NCBI RefSeq assembly: GCF_004010195.1
Contig: NC_057724.1
Location: 8,038,671 to 8,102,670 of the forward strand
DNA: 64,000 nucleotides
DNA from: Chiloscyllium plagiosum
Lineage: Eukaryota
Reading direction: 5' to 3'
The notes below the pieces were generated by a model. That model was not told where the DNA came from, searched no databases, and saw nothing but the letters and a program-made list of their open reading frames with translations. Shown here one piece after another: positions 1 to 11,315 of the stretch. Made by a program: the position numbers and the translations under genes. Positions within the stretch are counted from its first letter, which is position 1; each line of letters opens with the position of its first letter.

Positions 1-397
1 TTGGGTGCACTTCCCACAGATGTAGCCAGTGGAGACGTGTGCCATGTCTCCCACCTGCCACATTCTGCAGGAGGAGCAAGCAACTGCCCTAGCATCCATA
101 CCTGACTTATCTGAACACCCACTCAGTACTAAAGTAGAAATCTTAGTTCAAGTTGCTATAAAATTAATAACAAACTTATATTCAATAGAGGAAGTTTAGA
201 ATGAACCTTACCTTATTAACTAGGTTAGAGGGGGAGGGCGGGTGGGAGACACTACAGTTGTAGAGTCTCGGGTTTAGCCGCCTTGCTGATATATATGGTC
301 ACTGCTTTCCTCCTCGGCTGGCCCTCTGGTCCACGTCACTTCCTCCGCTGCTCCCGCTCCTTCTGTGAAAGGGAAAACATCGCTGTCCGCTACTGGT
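1..397 (-). mobile_element. 5' end of a CR1-clade LINE (5'UTR and ORF1 N-terminus), running off the left edge
   Basis: ATG at 99 opens MDARAVACSSCRMWQVGDMAHVSTGYICGKCTQ, a CxxC...CxxC zinc finger typical of CR1 ORF1. The GC-rich leader interrupts an older CR1 3' fragment. Confidence 0.7.
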
Positions 398-770
398 AAG
401 TAATCCAAATGCCTTTTAAATGCTATAATTGTCCCAGCCTCCACCACTTCCTCTGGCAGCTCATTCAAAACACGCATTACCCTCTGCGTGAAAAAGTTGC
501 CTCTTAGGTCCCTTTTAAATTTTTCCCCTCTCACCCTAAACGTCTAGTTCTGGACTCCCCCACCCCAGAGAAAAAACCTTGTCTGTTTACCCTTTCCATA
601 CCCCTCATGATTTTATAAACTTATAGAAGGTCACCCCTCAGCCTCCAACGCTCCAGAGAAAACAGCCCCAGCCAATTCAGCCTTTCCCTGAAACTCAAAT
701 CCTCTAATCCTGGCAACATCATTGTAATTTTTTTCTGAACCCTTTCAAGTTTCACAACACCCTTCTGAAT
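398..770 (-). mobile_element. CR1 LINE ORF2 C-terminal fragment
   Basis: RGEKFKRDLRGNFFTQRVMRVLNELPEEVVEAGTIIAFKRHLD is the typical CR1 ORF2 C-terminus. Confidence 0.85.
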
Positions 771-924
771 ACAATGCTGAAATGAGCTTCTGACAACATT
801 TCCGTAACACCACTAAAACCATATATTTCTACCTGCATAATCTGGTTAGACTCCTCTGCGGTTGCATAAATCCTCACTTATGCAGTCATGCCATTGGCAC
901 TTGACTATTCGAATAACAAGTCAC

Positions 925-1058
925 AAGTGTGGTGCTGTAAAAGCACAGCAGGTCATGGCTTTAGCCTGAAACATCCTTCCTTGCTGCCTGACCAGCTGTG
1001 TTTTTCCAGCACCACACTCCCGATTCTGATCTCCAGCATCTGCAGTCCTCACTTTCAC
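925..1058. mobile_element. Degenerate palindromic Penelope pLTR-derived short repeat
   Basis: Inverted arms GTGTGGTGCTG.AAAAGCACAGCAGGTCA and TGACCAGCTGTG...CCAGCACCACAC; same family as 47561-47779. Confidence 0.6.
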
Positions 1059-1289
1059 TGATTCAAATAACTCAGCTGACCTCCCAAATCCTACCCTCTG
1101 TGAACTTAGTAATTCAAATCTGTGCTCTTATTTATATCAAGTCATGATCATCAATAATTCCTTTTTCACCAATTCATATTGGCTCCTGCTAAAGCAAGTA
1201 CTCAATTTTAACATTCTCCTGCTTGTTTCCAACCCTTTCCTGGATATCTCTGTGATATGTGTGGTCGTCTAAATCAGGCATTTGTCAAG

Positions 1290-1653
1290 CTACACAACAA
1301 GAAAGCAGCGAGACACCATCACTCGCTCTGTCCTGTCTTCAGGGCAGCTTGTTTATTGTTGAAGTTCATCTTGTACAGGGTGGCACTGATGAACAGGTTA
1401 AAGCAGAGGAGGGAGTGCTCCGGATTTCAAACAGGATAAGGAAATTGATCCCTGTCACCAACTGATCGGTCTTTCTCTCCCATTCTGGAAACAAGGGTTT
1501 GTCCATCCCAGCACAAATCGGAAACATGAGTTTTTCCTGGAATCAGCTCTTCTTGGGCGATGAAGGTAACGTGGAATTTGAAACACAAACAGATCAATCA
1601 TGACCGTATTGATGGTGGAGTAGGCTTGAGGGGCCGAATGGTCTATTTCTGCT
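1290..1653 (-). pseudogene. Orphan copy of the 3' end of SLC6A14-like intron 11 (relic D)
   Basis: Aligns by eye with 16668-17030 and 59538-59709; similarity stops at the acceptor AG and exon 12 is absent. Confidence 0.75.
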
Positions 1654-4472
1654 AAGGACTTGTAAAATATACAAGTGACGAGTTCATAACAAACCTTAAA
1701 TATAGAAACATGTGAACTACAGCAAAAATAGGCTAATTTTCTCTAATCTTATTACAAATCACTTGTTAGGGATACGATTAATACTGATAGAAACCAATGA
1801 AAGGTAAAGAGTGGGGTGTTTCCAATGTAAAGAGCAGGGATATAAGTGTTATTAATTAATAACTTATAAAATACAACATTGAGTTAAATGCAATAGAGAT
1901 GGCCACTTAGGCGATGTGTTGCAGCTGTAGCATGTGGGTGCTGCTTGTCTCCTAAAGAAATCCAGTTATATTGGATCAGCTTAAACACTTGATATAATAC
2001 CACACATGAGGCTCCTTAATAAGCTGAGAGCCCATTGTACTGGGTGTACAGTATGACCATGGATAGTGGATTGATGAGCTGATAGAAGACCGACAGCAAT
2101 ATCTTGTAGGGATTTGGGTGATGTGGGTTTGGCAAAGTTTATTCCTGAATTGGATGAGAACTCTAGCAAGGGTCATCCTGATGTCGGGAGAATCATGGGT
2201 TACCTTTTTATTCTTTTAGTAAGCAGTGAGCTGAGTCTGTCACTCGGCAGGGATGAGTTCCTAATTAATGGGATTATTGCCTGTTAAGCAGCTTGCTAAT
2301 GGCACTACACGCCTAATTAATATTCAGCTTCCTATCATAAGCAAACTCACCAAACAAGCTCAACATTGAGAAAACTTGACCTGGAGATTAGAGTGGGGAC
2401 GTAGTGAATTCAGCTTGTTACTTGCTCCAAATGACCTAAATATTAGGCACTGAGGTCTGAGAGATCACTCCAAGGACACCAGCCACATACACTTCATGTT
2501 CATGGGTATTGGATCTGATATGTACCAGCCCCTAAGACCCTGCTGAGCCTTCTCAGAACATTTCTACACTTCAATACTGCACCACAGTCTGCCCCATTAA
2601 CTATCATTGTAATACTGCAGCCAGTACACTCAGGGATATGAACCCAGCTCATGGCATGGCTCAGGCTGCATCTCCGGGCTAGTCACTTGCTGTCCCAGTG
2701 CTCACTCATTCTGAGCAGGCCTGGATGCTCACATCTCTCCTTGCCTTGCCTTTGTGTGTTTGCTACCTCACCCAGGGATATTATTCCAGTCTCTCCTTGC
2801 CATTTAGTGAGACACAAAGGAAGGAATTTTGTTGTGGTTGTCAGCAGGACTCTATCAAATCAAGGCGGGTATACATTACTCAGTGGGTGCTGGCACAGTA
2901 AGTCATGGGCAGTCTCTGATATCAATCCCATGGGCTTAGACATGGACAACCAGTTGCTCAGGGTGGTCAACATCAGGATTTTCTCCACGTAAGGGGTTAG
3001 GAACTGAATGTAGGTCAGCCCACCACCTGGCTTGAGTCTTTCTGCTCTATTGTGGGCTGCTTACTTCCTGGAATAAGGAAGTGGAGTGTTGACAGACTGA
3101 ATAATAGGTCTCTGCAGGTGATCAAGAGTGTCAGATGGTGTGAGTAAAGTGTCAACAGCTGAATAGCAGGTGAAGGGATGACCTATAATCTGATTCATTA
3201 AGGAAGAGAGACAATTACAAAACATTAAAATAAGGCGGTTCTGGAGACAAATCAAATGACTGGAATAACATGGTAGGTATAGGAGTCACACGCCGAGAGT
3301 CTAACCAAAGTAACAAGTACTAATCCAATACTGTAGAAACTAAATAAGGCAGAGAGATCATAAGTTATCAAGGTGATGGTGTTAAAACTGGACAGTAAGG
3401 AAGATACAAAACAGTGTAATGGGGTCACATGTAGTGCGACATGAAACCAAGATCATGGTTGAGGCCATCTTCATGGCTACAGAACATGCATCATACCAAA
3501 AGACAAACAAATTGATTATCATCTTCTGAAACCATCCAGTACAGCCCAAGGGCTGGTTGCAACAATAGGAGAGATCTGTGATCAGTAAGAGAAAATTGGG
3601 ACCTGTACCGTCATGATTTAGAGCCCCTGATTCCAAAGTGTGTCAGTGTGTGTATCCGTTTTGCAGATTGTTATGACATGGAGACAGACAGCCTATCCCT
3701 GTATTCACAACACAGTAAAATTAAAATAGTGACTCTCAAAATTGACCCCAATGGTTCCTAACGTGACCTTTTATATAATCATTATCTGACTTTGTGAAGA
3801 ATTGATACCAAACACCAAGTTTATAGCTTAAACAACAGAATTAACAATTGGTTTATTACAATATCTTTAACACCGCAATATTAAACAGCAAGTAATCTAA
3901 TTGATGTCTATGAATTTAACCCAATCTTCTTTGTTCCAGCCCCCACACAAACAAACTAACACAATTAAAGGGATAAATTGAAAGAAACATAAAAGAGAAG
4001 TAACTAGCTAATTCACTCACACAAACTCACTGATTTGTGACATCACACATATGGGATTGTAAGTTGCTTGGTTTCAAAAGACACCAGTTCATGCAAATAG
4101 CTTCCAATAGGCTTCAAGGATTATTTGTTTAATTCTTATAGCAGAAATTCTATTCACTGAGCTTTTAATAAATTGGTTATGGAAGGAATAACCAGAGAAC
4201 ATTCAAACCTCTGTCCTGTAGCTTTGGAAGCCACGATGTTCTGACAAAAACAGAGTGAAAAACCAATTCAAATTTTGCTTTCTCTTTCTGTTTCTTTGTA
4301 TCATTCCCATGTTTACACTATTTGGTACCAATTAATATCCAAATATCTGCCATCTGACAAAGCCTCTCCAGAGTTGAAATACCTGTAGATTTCTTAGAAC
4401 AAGAATTAATTTCCAGGCCTGGCCTCAAAATCACTCAACACCAGGCTATAGTCCAACAGGTTTATTTGGAAG

Positions 4473-4507
4473 CACTAGCTTTCGAAGCACTGCCTCTTCA
4501 TCAGGTG
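4473..4507 (-). ncRNA. Minimal type I hammerhead ribozyme motif
   Basis: Reverse complement reads cac-CUGAUGA-a-gaggca-g-ugcuuc-GAAA-gc-UA-gug. Confidence 0.55.
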
Positions 4508-4848
4508 GCTGTGGAAGACACAGAATTTCTCATGATATGATTATTGTGTCATGGAGATGTAATGATATAATAAATAAATTTGGATTCAGTTTTTCATCTT
4601 TTAGAATGGGATATACTAGTTTTGGTTTTTTAATATGTAAATCCCAGAACTTCTTTTAAGTTACATTCTCAAGATATCTTCAGCTTTTCTAACACAGGGT
4701 GCCACCTCAGCTCAGACTCAGTGAGCTTAACCTCACTGAAGTTAAAAATCACACAACACCTGGTTATAGTCCTACAGGTTTAATTGGAAGCACACTAGCT
4801 TTCGGAGTGACGCTATAAATTCTGTGTTAGGATTGAACCCTCCACTAT

Positions 4849-4883
4849 CACCTGATGAAGGAGTGTCGCTCCGAAAGCTCGTG
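4849..4883 (+). ncRNA. Minimal type I hammerhead ribozyme motif
   Basis: cac-CUGAUGA-a-ggagug-u-cgcucc-GAAA-gc-UC-gug: conserved core boxes, stem II, 3-bp stem I and palindromic AGCU in stem III. Confidence 0.6.
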
Positions 4884-5122
4884 CTTCCAATTAAACCTGT
4901 TGGACTACAACCTGGTGTTGTGTGATTTTTAACTTTGTACACCCCAGTCCAACACCGGCATCTCCAAATCCTCACTGAAGTTGTGAGGATAAAGTCCGTC
5001 TGCGTCCCAATGTTGTTTCAGAATGGTTCTATTTCTAAAGTCTTATCAGTAATTCCAACAATTCTATTTCTAATGAAGGCTGACTTGAAGACTTCATAGT
5101 CATATTTTTCCACTAATTTGGA

Positions 5123-6297
5123 TAGAACATAGAACATTACAGCGCAGTACAGGCCCTTTAGCCCTCGATGTTGCGCCGACCTGTCATACCAATCTGAAGC
5201 CCATCTAACCTACACTATTCTATGTACGTCCATATGCTTGTCCAATGACGACTTAAATGTACTTAAAGTTGGTAAATCTACTACTGTTGCAGGCAAAGCA
5301 TTCCATACTCTTACTACTCTCCGAGTAAAGAAACTACCTCTGACATCTGTCCTATATCTATCACCCCTCAATTTAAAGATATGCCTCCTCGTGCTCACCG
5401 TCACCATACTTGGAAAAAGGCTCTCCCTGTCCACCCTATCTAACCCTCTGATTATCTTACATGTCTCTATCAAGTCACCTCTCAACCTTCTTCTCTCTAA
5501 CGAAAACAGGTTCAAGTCCCTCAGCCTTTCCTCGTAAGACCTTCCCTCCATACCAGGCAACATCCTAGTAATCTCCTCTGCACCCTTTCCAAAGCATCCA
5601 CATCCTTCTTATAATGTGGTGGCCAGAACTGTACACAATACTCCAAGTGCGGCCGCACCAGAGTTTTGTATAGCTGTAGCATAATCTCATGGTTCCGGAA
5701 CTCGATCCCTCTATTAATAAAAGCTAAAACACTGTATGCCTTCTTAACAACCCTGTCAATCTGGGTGGCAACTTTCAAGGATCTGTGTACCTGGACACCA
5801 AGATCTCTCTGCTCATCTACACTACCAAGAATCTTACCATTAGCCCAGTACTTTGCATTCCGATTACTCCGACCAAAGTGAATCAACTCAGACTTGTCCA
5901 CATTAAACTCCATTTGCCACCTCTCAGTCCAGCTCTGCAGCTTATCTATGTCTCTCTGTAACCTACAACATCCTTCGTCACTATCCATAACTCCACCGAC
6001 CTTGGTGTCATCTGCAAATTTACTAACCCAGCCTTCTATGCCCTCATCCAGGTCGTTTATAAAAATGACGAATAGCAGTGGACCCAACACTGACCCTTGA
6101 GGTGGACCACTGGTAACTGGACTCCAGGATGAACATTTCTCATCAATCACCACCCTCTGTCTTTTTTCAGCAAGCCAATTACTGATCCAACTTGCTATAT
6201 CTCCCACAATCCCATTCTTCCGCATTTTGTACAATAGCCTACTGTGGGGAACCTTACCGAACGCCTTCCTGAAATCCATATACACCACATGTACCAT
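5123..6297 (-). mobile_element. 5'-truncated CR1 LINE (RT domain and 3' tail)
   Basis: ORF 5521-6297 has YMDFRKAF, PQGSVLGP, KFADD and LVRPHLEYC; frameshift into 5210-5563; ends in an (ATGTTCT)n-type tail. Confidence 0.93.
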
Positions 6298-6371
6298 TTT
6301 CTGTGAATGTTGAACACATCTGATAAATATTGCATTTTCTAAAATTTAAATTTGAACTTTTAAAAAAAAAT

Positions 6372-6720
6372 GTATTCATTTGTGGGAGGTGAGCATCACT
6401 GGCCAGGCCAGCATTTATTGCCCATCCCTAATTACCCAGAGGTCAGTTCAGTGTCAACCACATTACTGTTGTTCTGGAGTCACACACCAGGTAAGGATGG
6501 CAGTCTGCTTCCCAAAAGGACACTTGTGAACCAGATTGGTTTTTCTGACAACCCGAATGGTTTTATAGTCATTGTTAGACCCTTAATTCCAGATCTTAAT
6601 TGAATTCAAGTTGCACCATCTACCATGGCGTGATTCAAACCTGGGTCTCCAGAACATTATCTGGGTCTCTACATTAACAGAACAGTCCAGCAATAATACC
6701 ACTAGGCCATTGTCTCCCCT
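6372..6720 (-). mobile_element. tRNA-derived SINE with LINE-like 3' tail
   Basis: Head GGGGAGACAATGGCCTAGTGG...GGTTTGAATC (A/B boxes); tail GGGCAATAAATGCTGGCC. Related copies at ~23515-23840, ~27872-28210 and ~49310-50325 (split). Confidence 0.7.
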
Positions 6721-7554
6721 GTAATTGTGGCCATTGTCTCCCCTGAATACTTGCAGAACTTCAGCAATTTTTTCTGATGGAACTTTTATGACTTGGCAAG
6801 CTGGATCATTGAATATAAAAGTGTGTTTGCTTGTTCAGTCTCCAATTCAGAGTAGAGTTTGGAGGCAATTCTGTACCTGAAGAACGGTTTTCTCCAAGGT
6901 GTCCAATTGTGTGTATTATTTACCCATTTCTGAAATTATAACTTACCAGAAATACTGCTGCCTTACTTTCCTAATGTGATAATTTATCTTCTTTTTTAAT
7001 TATGCAGTTTCTCAATATTGTTTTATTCTCCTGACCTTAAAGGATTTCTATTTTGCAGCATAACAATGCTGTTACTGTGTTTTGTTGTCCAGTAGGGTTT
7101 TCTCATGTTTATATGGCCAAAGTAGATTATTTCCACCTTGTTTGCAAATTAATGAATGGGTCTCACATCTTTGTGGCATAATAAATATTTTCCATTTTCA
7201 GCTGCATGTGGGTTTAAAGATAATCCCATTCATTTTAATGTGTTCTAGCAGATGAATCTCACTCTATTGATTCTGTCTTGCCAAACTTTGCCATGAGTTA
7301 ATATTCTAGAAATATCTTCAAAGCTCACCAGAACCTGTACCACTGCTCACCATGTCACAGATTGCTCATACTATCAGTCTATCAAGGCAGGCCATTGATG
7401 GGTCACATCCACCATATCTTTCCTGGCAGGGATTTGAAAGGTTCACTTTGTTGAGTGTGATCAAGGAAAACCACTTGGTCATCCAATGAGAAGGAGCCCT
7501 TGTCCTAAACAATGTGTTGTTTATTAAAGTTAGCAACTGGGTACACATTCCACT

Positions 7555-8935
7555 GAGAGTAAGACCATAACTCATAGGATCAGAAATTAGGCCATTCAGC
7601 CCATTGAATCTGCTCTGCCATTCAATCATGGCTGATAAGCTTCTCAACCCCATTCATCTGCTTTCTCCCCTTGATCCATGATCCCCTTGATACTGAAGAA
7701 CCTATCCATCTCAGTCTCAAATATACGCAATGGCATGGACTCCACAGCCTTCTGTGGCAGTGAATTCCATGGATTTACCACTCTCTGGCTGATGTAGTTT
7801 CTACTTATACCAGTTCTAAGAAGTCTTCCCGTAAATCGAAGGTTGTGCTCTGGGCTCCTAGTCTCAATGGAAAAATCTTCCCAACATCTACTCTTTCCAG
7901 CCCCTTCAGTATTCTGTCAGTTCAATTAGATTCCCCCTCATTCCTCTAAATTCCATTGCGTATAGACCCAGAGTCCTCAAATGGTCCTCATATGTTAAGC
8001 TTTTCATTCCGCGGACTATTCTCGTTAACCTCCTCTGAACACGTTCCAGGGCCAGAACATCCTTCCTGAGGTGTGAGGCCCAAAACTGCACACAATACTC
8101 CAAATGTGGTCTGACTAGAGCCTTATACAGCCTCAAAAATGCATCCCTGCTCTTATATATTAAAGCCCTCTCAAAATAAATGCTATCATTGCATTTGCCT
8201 TCCTAAATACTGACTCAACCTGCAAGTTTAACTTGAGAGAATCCTGGACTAGAACTCCCAAATCTCTTTTGCACTTCAAACTTATGAATTTTCTCCTCAT
8301 TTAGAAAATAGTCCATGCCCCTATTCTTCTGACCAAAGCTCACGACCTCACACTTTCCCACATTGTACTCCGTCTGCCAGTTCATTGCCCACTCTCCTAA
8401 CCTGTCCATATCCTTCTGCAGCCTTCCTGCCTCCTCAATGCTACCCTGACTCTACAGAAGACCGAAACTGTGTGCGCCTTCTGGTCATTCCTGGGTGGCA
8501 CGGTGGCACAGTGGTTAACATTGCTGCCTCACAGCGCCAGAGACCTGGGTTCAATTCCCGACTCAGGCGACTGACTGTGTGGAGTTTGCATGTTCTCCCC
8601 GTGTCTGCGTGGGTTTCCTCCGGATGATCCGGTCTCCTCCCACAGTCCAAAGATTTGCAGGTCAGCTGAATTGGCCATGCTAAATTACCCGTAGTGTTAG
8701 GTAAGGGGTAAATGTAGGGGTATGGGTGGTTTGCGCTTTGGCGGGTCGCTGTGTACTTATTGGGCCGAAGGAACTGTTTCCACACTGTAATGTAATGCAA
8801 TCTAATCCCTCTACCTATCTTTGTATTGTCTGAAAACCTAGCCAGAATGACCTCAGTTCCTTCATCTAGATCATGAATGTACAAACATCCATTGGCTGTC
8901 CTTGATCTAACCTGCTCATTACTTCTTCAAAGAAT
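7555..8935 (-). mobile_element. Decayed CR1 LINE interrupted by a V-SINE
   Basis: ORF fragments [36 protein letters not shown] and FFEEVMSRLDQG. Confidence 0.88.
8493..8807 (+). mobile_element. HE1-type V-SINE
   Basis: tRNA-like head GGTGGCACAGTGGTT...GGTTCAATTCC, V-domain TGTGTGGAGTTTGCATGTTCTCCCCGTGTCTGCGTGGGTTTCCTCCGG, CR1-like tail. Confidence 0.88.
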
Positions 8936-8947
8936 TTTATCCACCAA

Positions 8948-9580
8948 GTACAGAGACTGGAATCCTGTGTATTATCACCAGGACTCAGGGAGGAACATGA
9001 CTGAACACTCATGATGCAGGAACTCAAATGCTCAGTAATTCTCACCAGCCCCACGCAGCCCCAAATTGATGCCCATGTTTACAGCGGGCACAGGAAACTT
9101 CAGCAAATCTCACCTCACCACCTCAACAGCAAACCCCCCCACCCCACCATGGTAGACATTGTTACAGAGACTGAAAAGAGGACATCAATAGTAGGTTTTA
9201 TTAATCAAAATCATATCCTTCCACCCAAATCAGGATGACATCTTCAATATGGCAGTTCTTAACACATTCCTCAGCTTTAACTCTTTCCGCACCTTCTATG
9301 ACAAATATTAGTTTGGATCAGATCTGGCTGCACCAAACCAGTGGTTACTGGCTGGGAACCCAGGCAGTGCAGACTGTAAGTGGGGGCTGTGAGAGCAGGA
9401 GCTTCTGCCCACAATGTACAGGGACTGGAATCCTGTGTATTATCACCAGGACCCAGGGAGGAACATGACTGAACACTCATGATGCAGGAACCTGAATGCT
9501 CAGTAATTCTCACCAGCCCCACCCTGTCCCAAATTGATGCCCATGTTTATAGTGGGCACAGGAAACTTCAGTAAACCTTA
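8948..9580. repeat. Direct repeat pair of about 165 bp (8948-9110 and 9416-9578)
   Basis: GACTGGAATCCTGTGTATTATCACCAGGAC...GGGCACAGGAAACTTCAG occurs twice, about 90% identical by eye. Confidence 0.85.
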
Positions 9581-9664
9581 TACCTAAGTCTTGGCTGAGG
9601 TGCTGACTGATCAAGGGAGCACTCAATGAAGTGACACTGATTGTACTCCAGAATGGCTGTGGAA

Positions 9665-11148
9665 TTTCAGGAGGTAAAAACAATGACTGCAGATGCTGGA
9701 AACCAGATTCTGGATCAGTGGTGCTGGAAGAGCACAGCAATTCAGGCAGCATCCAAGGACAGGCAAAATCGACGTTTCGGGCAAAAGCCCTTCATCAGGA
9801 ATAAAGGCAGAGAGACTGAAGCGTGGAGAGATAAGCTAGAGGAGGGTGGAGGTGGGGATAGAGTAGCATAGAGTAATGACCTGGGAGTTGCAGTGGGAGA
9901 GAGACTCCCTGAGATTCTTGTAGAGAGAGGAGGAAAACTTCTTCAAGGCAGGCATCCTTGCAAGAGGATTCACAGTAGGGTNNNNNNNNNNNNNNNNNNN
10001 NNNNNNNNNNNNNNNNNNNNNNNNNNNNNNNNNNNNNNNNNNNNNNNNNNNNNNNNNNNNNNNNNNNNNNNNNNNNNNNNNNNNNNNNNNNNNNNNNNNN
10101 NNNNNNNNNNNNNNNNNNNNNNNNNNNNNNNNNNNNNNNNNNNNNNNNNNNNNNNNNNNNNNNNNNNNNNNNNNNNNNNNNNNNNNNNNNNNNNNNNNNN
10201 NNNNNNNNNNNNNNNNNNNNNNNNNNNNNNNNNNNNNNNNNNNNNNNNNNNNNNNNNNNNNNNNNNNNNNNNNNNNNNNNNNNNNNNNNNNNNNNNNNNN
10301 NNNNNNNNNNNNNNNNNNNNNNNNNNNNNNNNNNNNNNNNNNNNNNNNNNNNNNNNNNNNNNNNNNNNNNNNNNNNNNNNNNNNNNNNNNNNNNNNNNNN
10401 NNNNNNNNNNNNNNNNNNNNNNNNNNNNNNNNNNNNNNNNNNNNNNNNNNNNNNNNNNNNNNNNNNNNNNNNNNNNNNNNNNNNNNNNNNNNNNNNNNNN
10501 NNNNNNNNNNNNNNNNNNNNNNNNNNNNNNNNNNNNNNNNNNNNNNNNNNNNNNNNNNNNNNNNNNNNNNNNNNNNNNNNNNNNNNNNNNNNNNNNNNNN
10601 NNNNNNNNNNNNNNNNNNNNNNNNNNNNNNNNNNNNNNNNNNNNNNNNNNNNNNNNNNNNNNNNNNNNNNNNNNNNNNNNNNNNNNNNNNNNNNNNNNNN
10701 NNNNNNNNNNNNNNNNNNNNNNNNNNNNNNNNNNNNNNNNNNNNNNNNNNNNNNNNNNNNNNNNNNNNNNNNNNNNNNNNNNNNNNNNNNNNNNNNNNNN
10801 NNNNNNNNNNNNNNNNNNNNNNNNNNNNNNNNNNNNNNNNNNNNNNNNNNNNNNNNNNNNNNNNNNNNNNNNNNNNNNNNNNNNNNNNNNNNNNNNNNNN
10901 NNNNNNNNNNNNNNNNNNNNNNNNNNNNNNNNNNNNNNNNNNNNNNNNNNNNNNNNNNNNNNNNNNNNNAGAGTGTCGGTGGAGGGGTACTGTTGTGAAT
11001 GTCTGGAGAGGAAAAAACGGAGGGCTTGGAGGCCCTGGACATGGCGGATGGAGGTGTAGAGGGATTGGATATCCATGGTGAAGATGAGGCATTGGGAGCC
11101 GGGGAAACGGAAGTCTTGGAGGAGGTGGAGGGCGTGGGTGGTGTCTCG
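9665..11148 (-). mobile_element. Penelope-like element (RT fragment and pLTR with hammerhead motif) spanning an assembly gap
   Basis: RDTTHALHLLQDFRFPGSQCLIFTMDIQSLYTSI is a PLE RT motif; CUGAUGAagggcuuuugcccGAAACGUC on the minus strand at ~9770-9798. Confidence 0.82.
9982..10969. other. Assembly gap (988 N)
   Basis: Run of N. Confidence 1.
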
Positions 11149-11177
11149 AAATTGAACAGGAATTTTCCTTTGAGTTG

Positions 11178-11315
11178 TCACTTCTCAGGAATAACCAGAA
11201 GGTGCACAGAGTTTGGGTCTTCTGTAGAGTCCAGCTGCTTCCTGTATCTTTCCCCTCTGTGTTGTTTCAAGTACGGACCCCAATCAGGAGCTGATGTGCA
11301 AGCAGCAGATATTTT
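11178..11315 (-). CDS. SLC6A14: Copy A terminal exon 14
   Basis: [45 protein letters not shown], then TGA at 11178-11180. Confidence 0.9.
   Translation of the reverse strand, partial: KISAACTSAPDWGPYLKQHRGERYRKQLDSTEDPNSVHLLVIPEK

Larger units (their letters stand above)
4425..4982. mobile_element. Penelope-associated repeats with hammerhead motifs; inverted element 4744-4969 with 13-bp TSD
   Basis: Arms GTTAAAAATCACACAACACC...TAGTCC in inverted orientation; CCTCACTGAAGTT duplicated at 4731-4743 and 4970-4982. Confidence 0.7.

Noticed and set aside
1257-1465. Short + strand ORFs repeated at 16505-16771 and 59444-59686, as a possible antisense gene family
   Set aside because: The similarity comes from the duplicated intron/exon DNA; starts, stops and frames are not conserved.
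3669-4420. Possible minus-strand LTR ending in TGTCATAACA
   Set aside because: The other terminus and a TSD could not be identified.
4425-4982. CRISPR-like or prokaryotic repeat array
   Set aside because: The repeats are inverted TE arms in vertebrate DNA, with no regular repeat-spacer period and no cas genes.
8493-8570. tRNA-like sequence with A and B boxes
   Set aside because: It is the head of a V-SINE and continues into the V-domain; not a tRNA gene.
9795-11181. Long ORFs of about 400 aa in the ORF track
   Set aside because: They only read through the 988-N gap; the real flanks are Penelope sequence.
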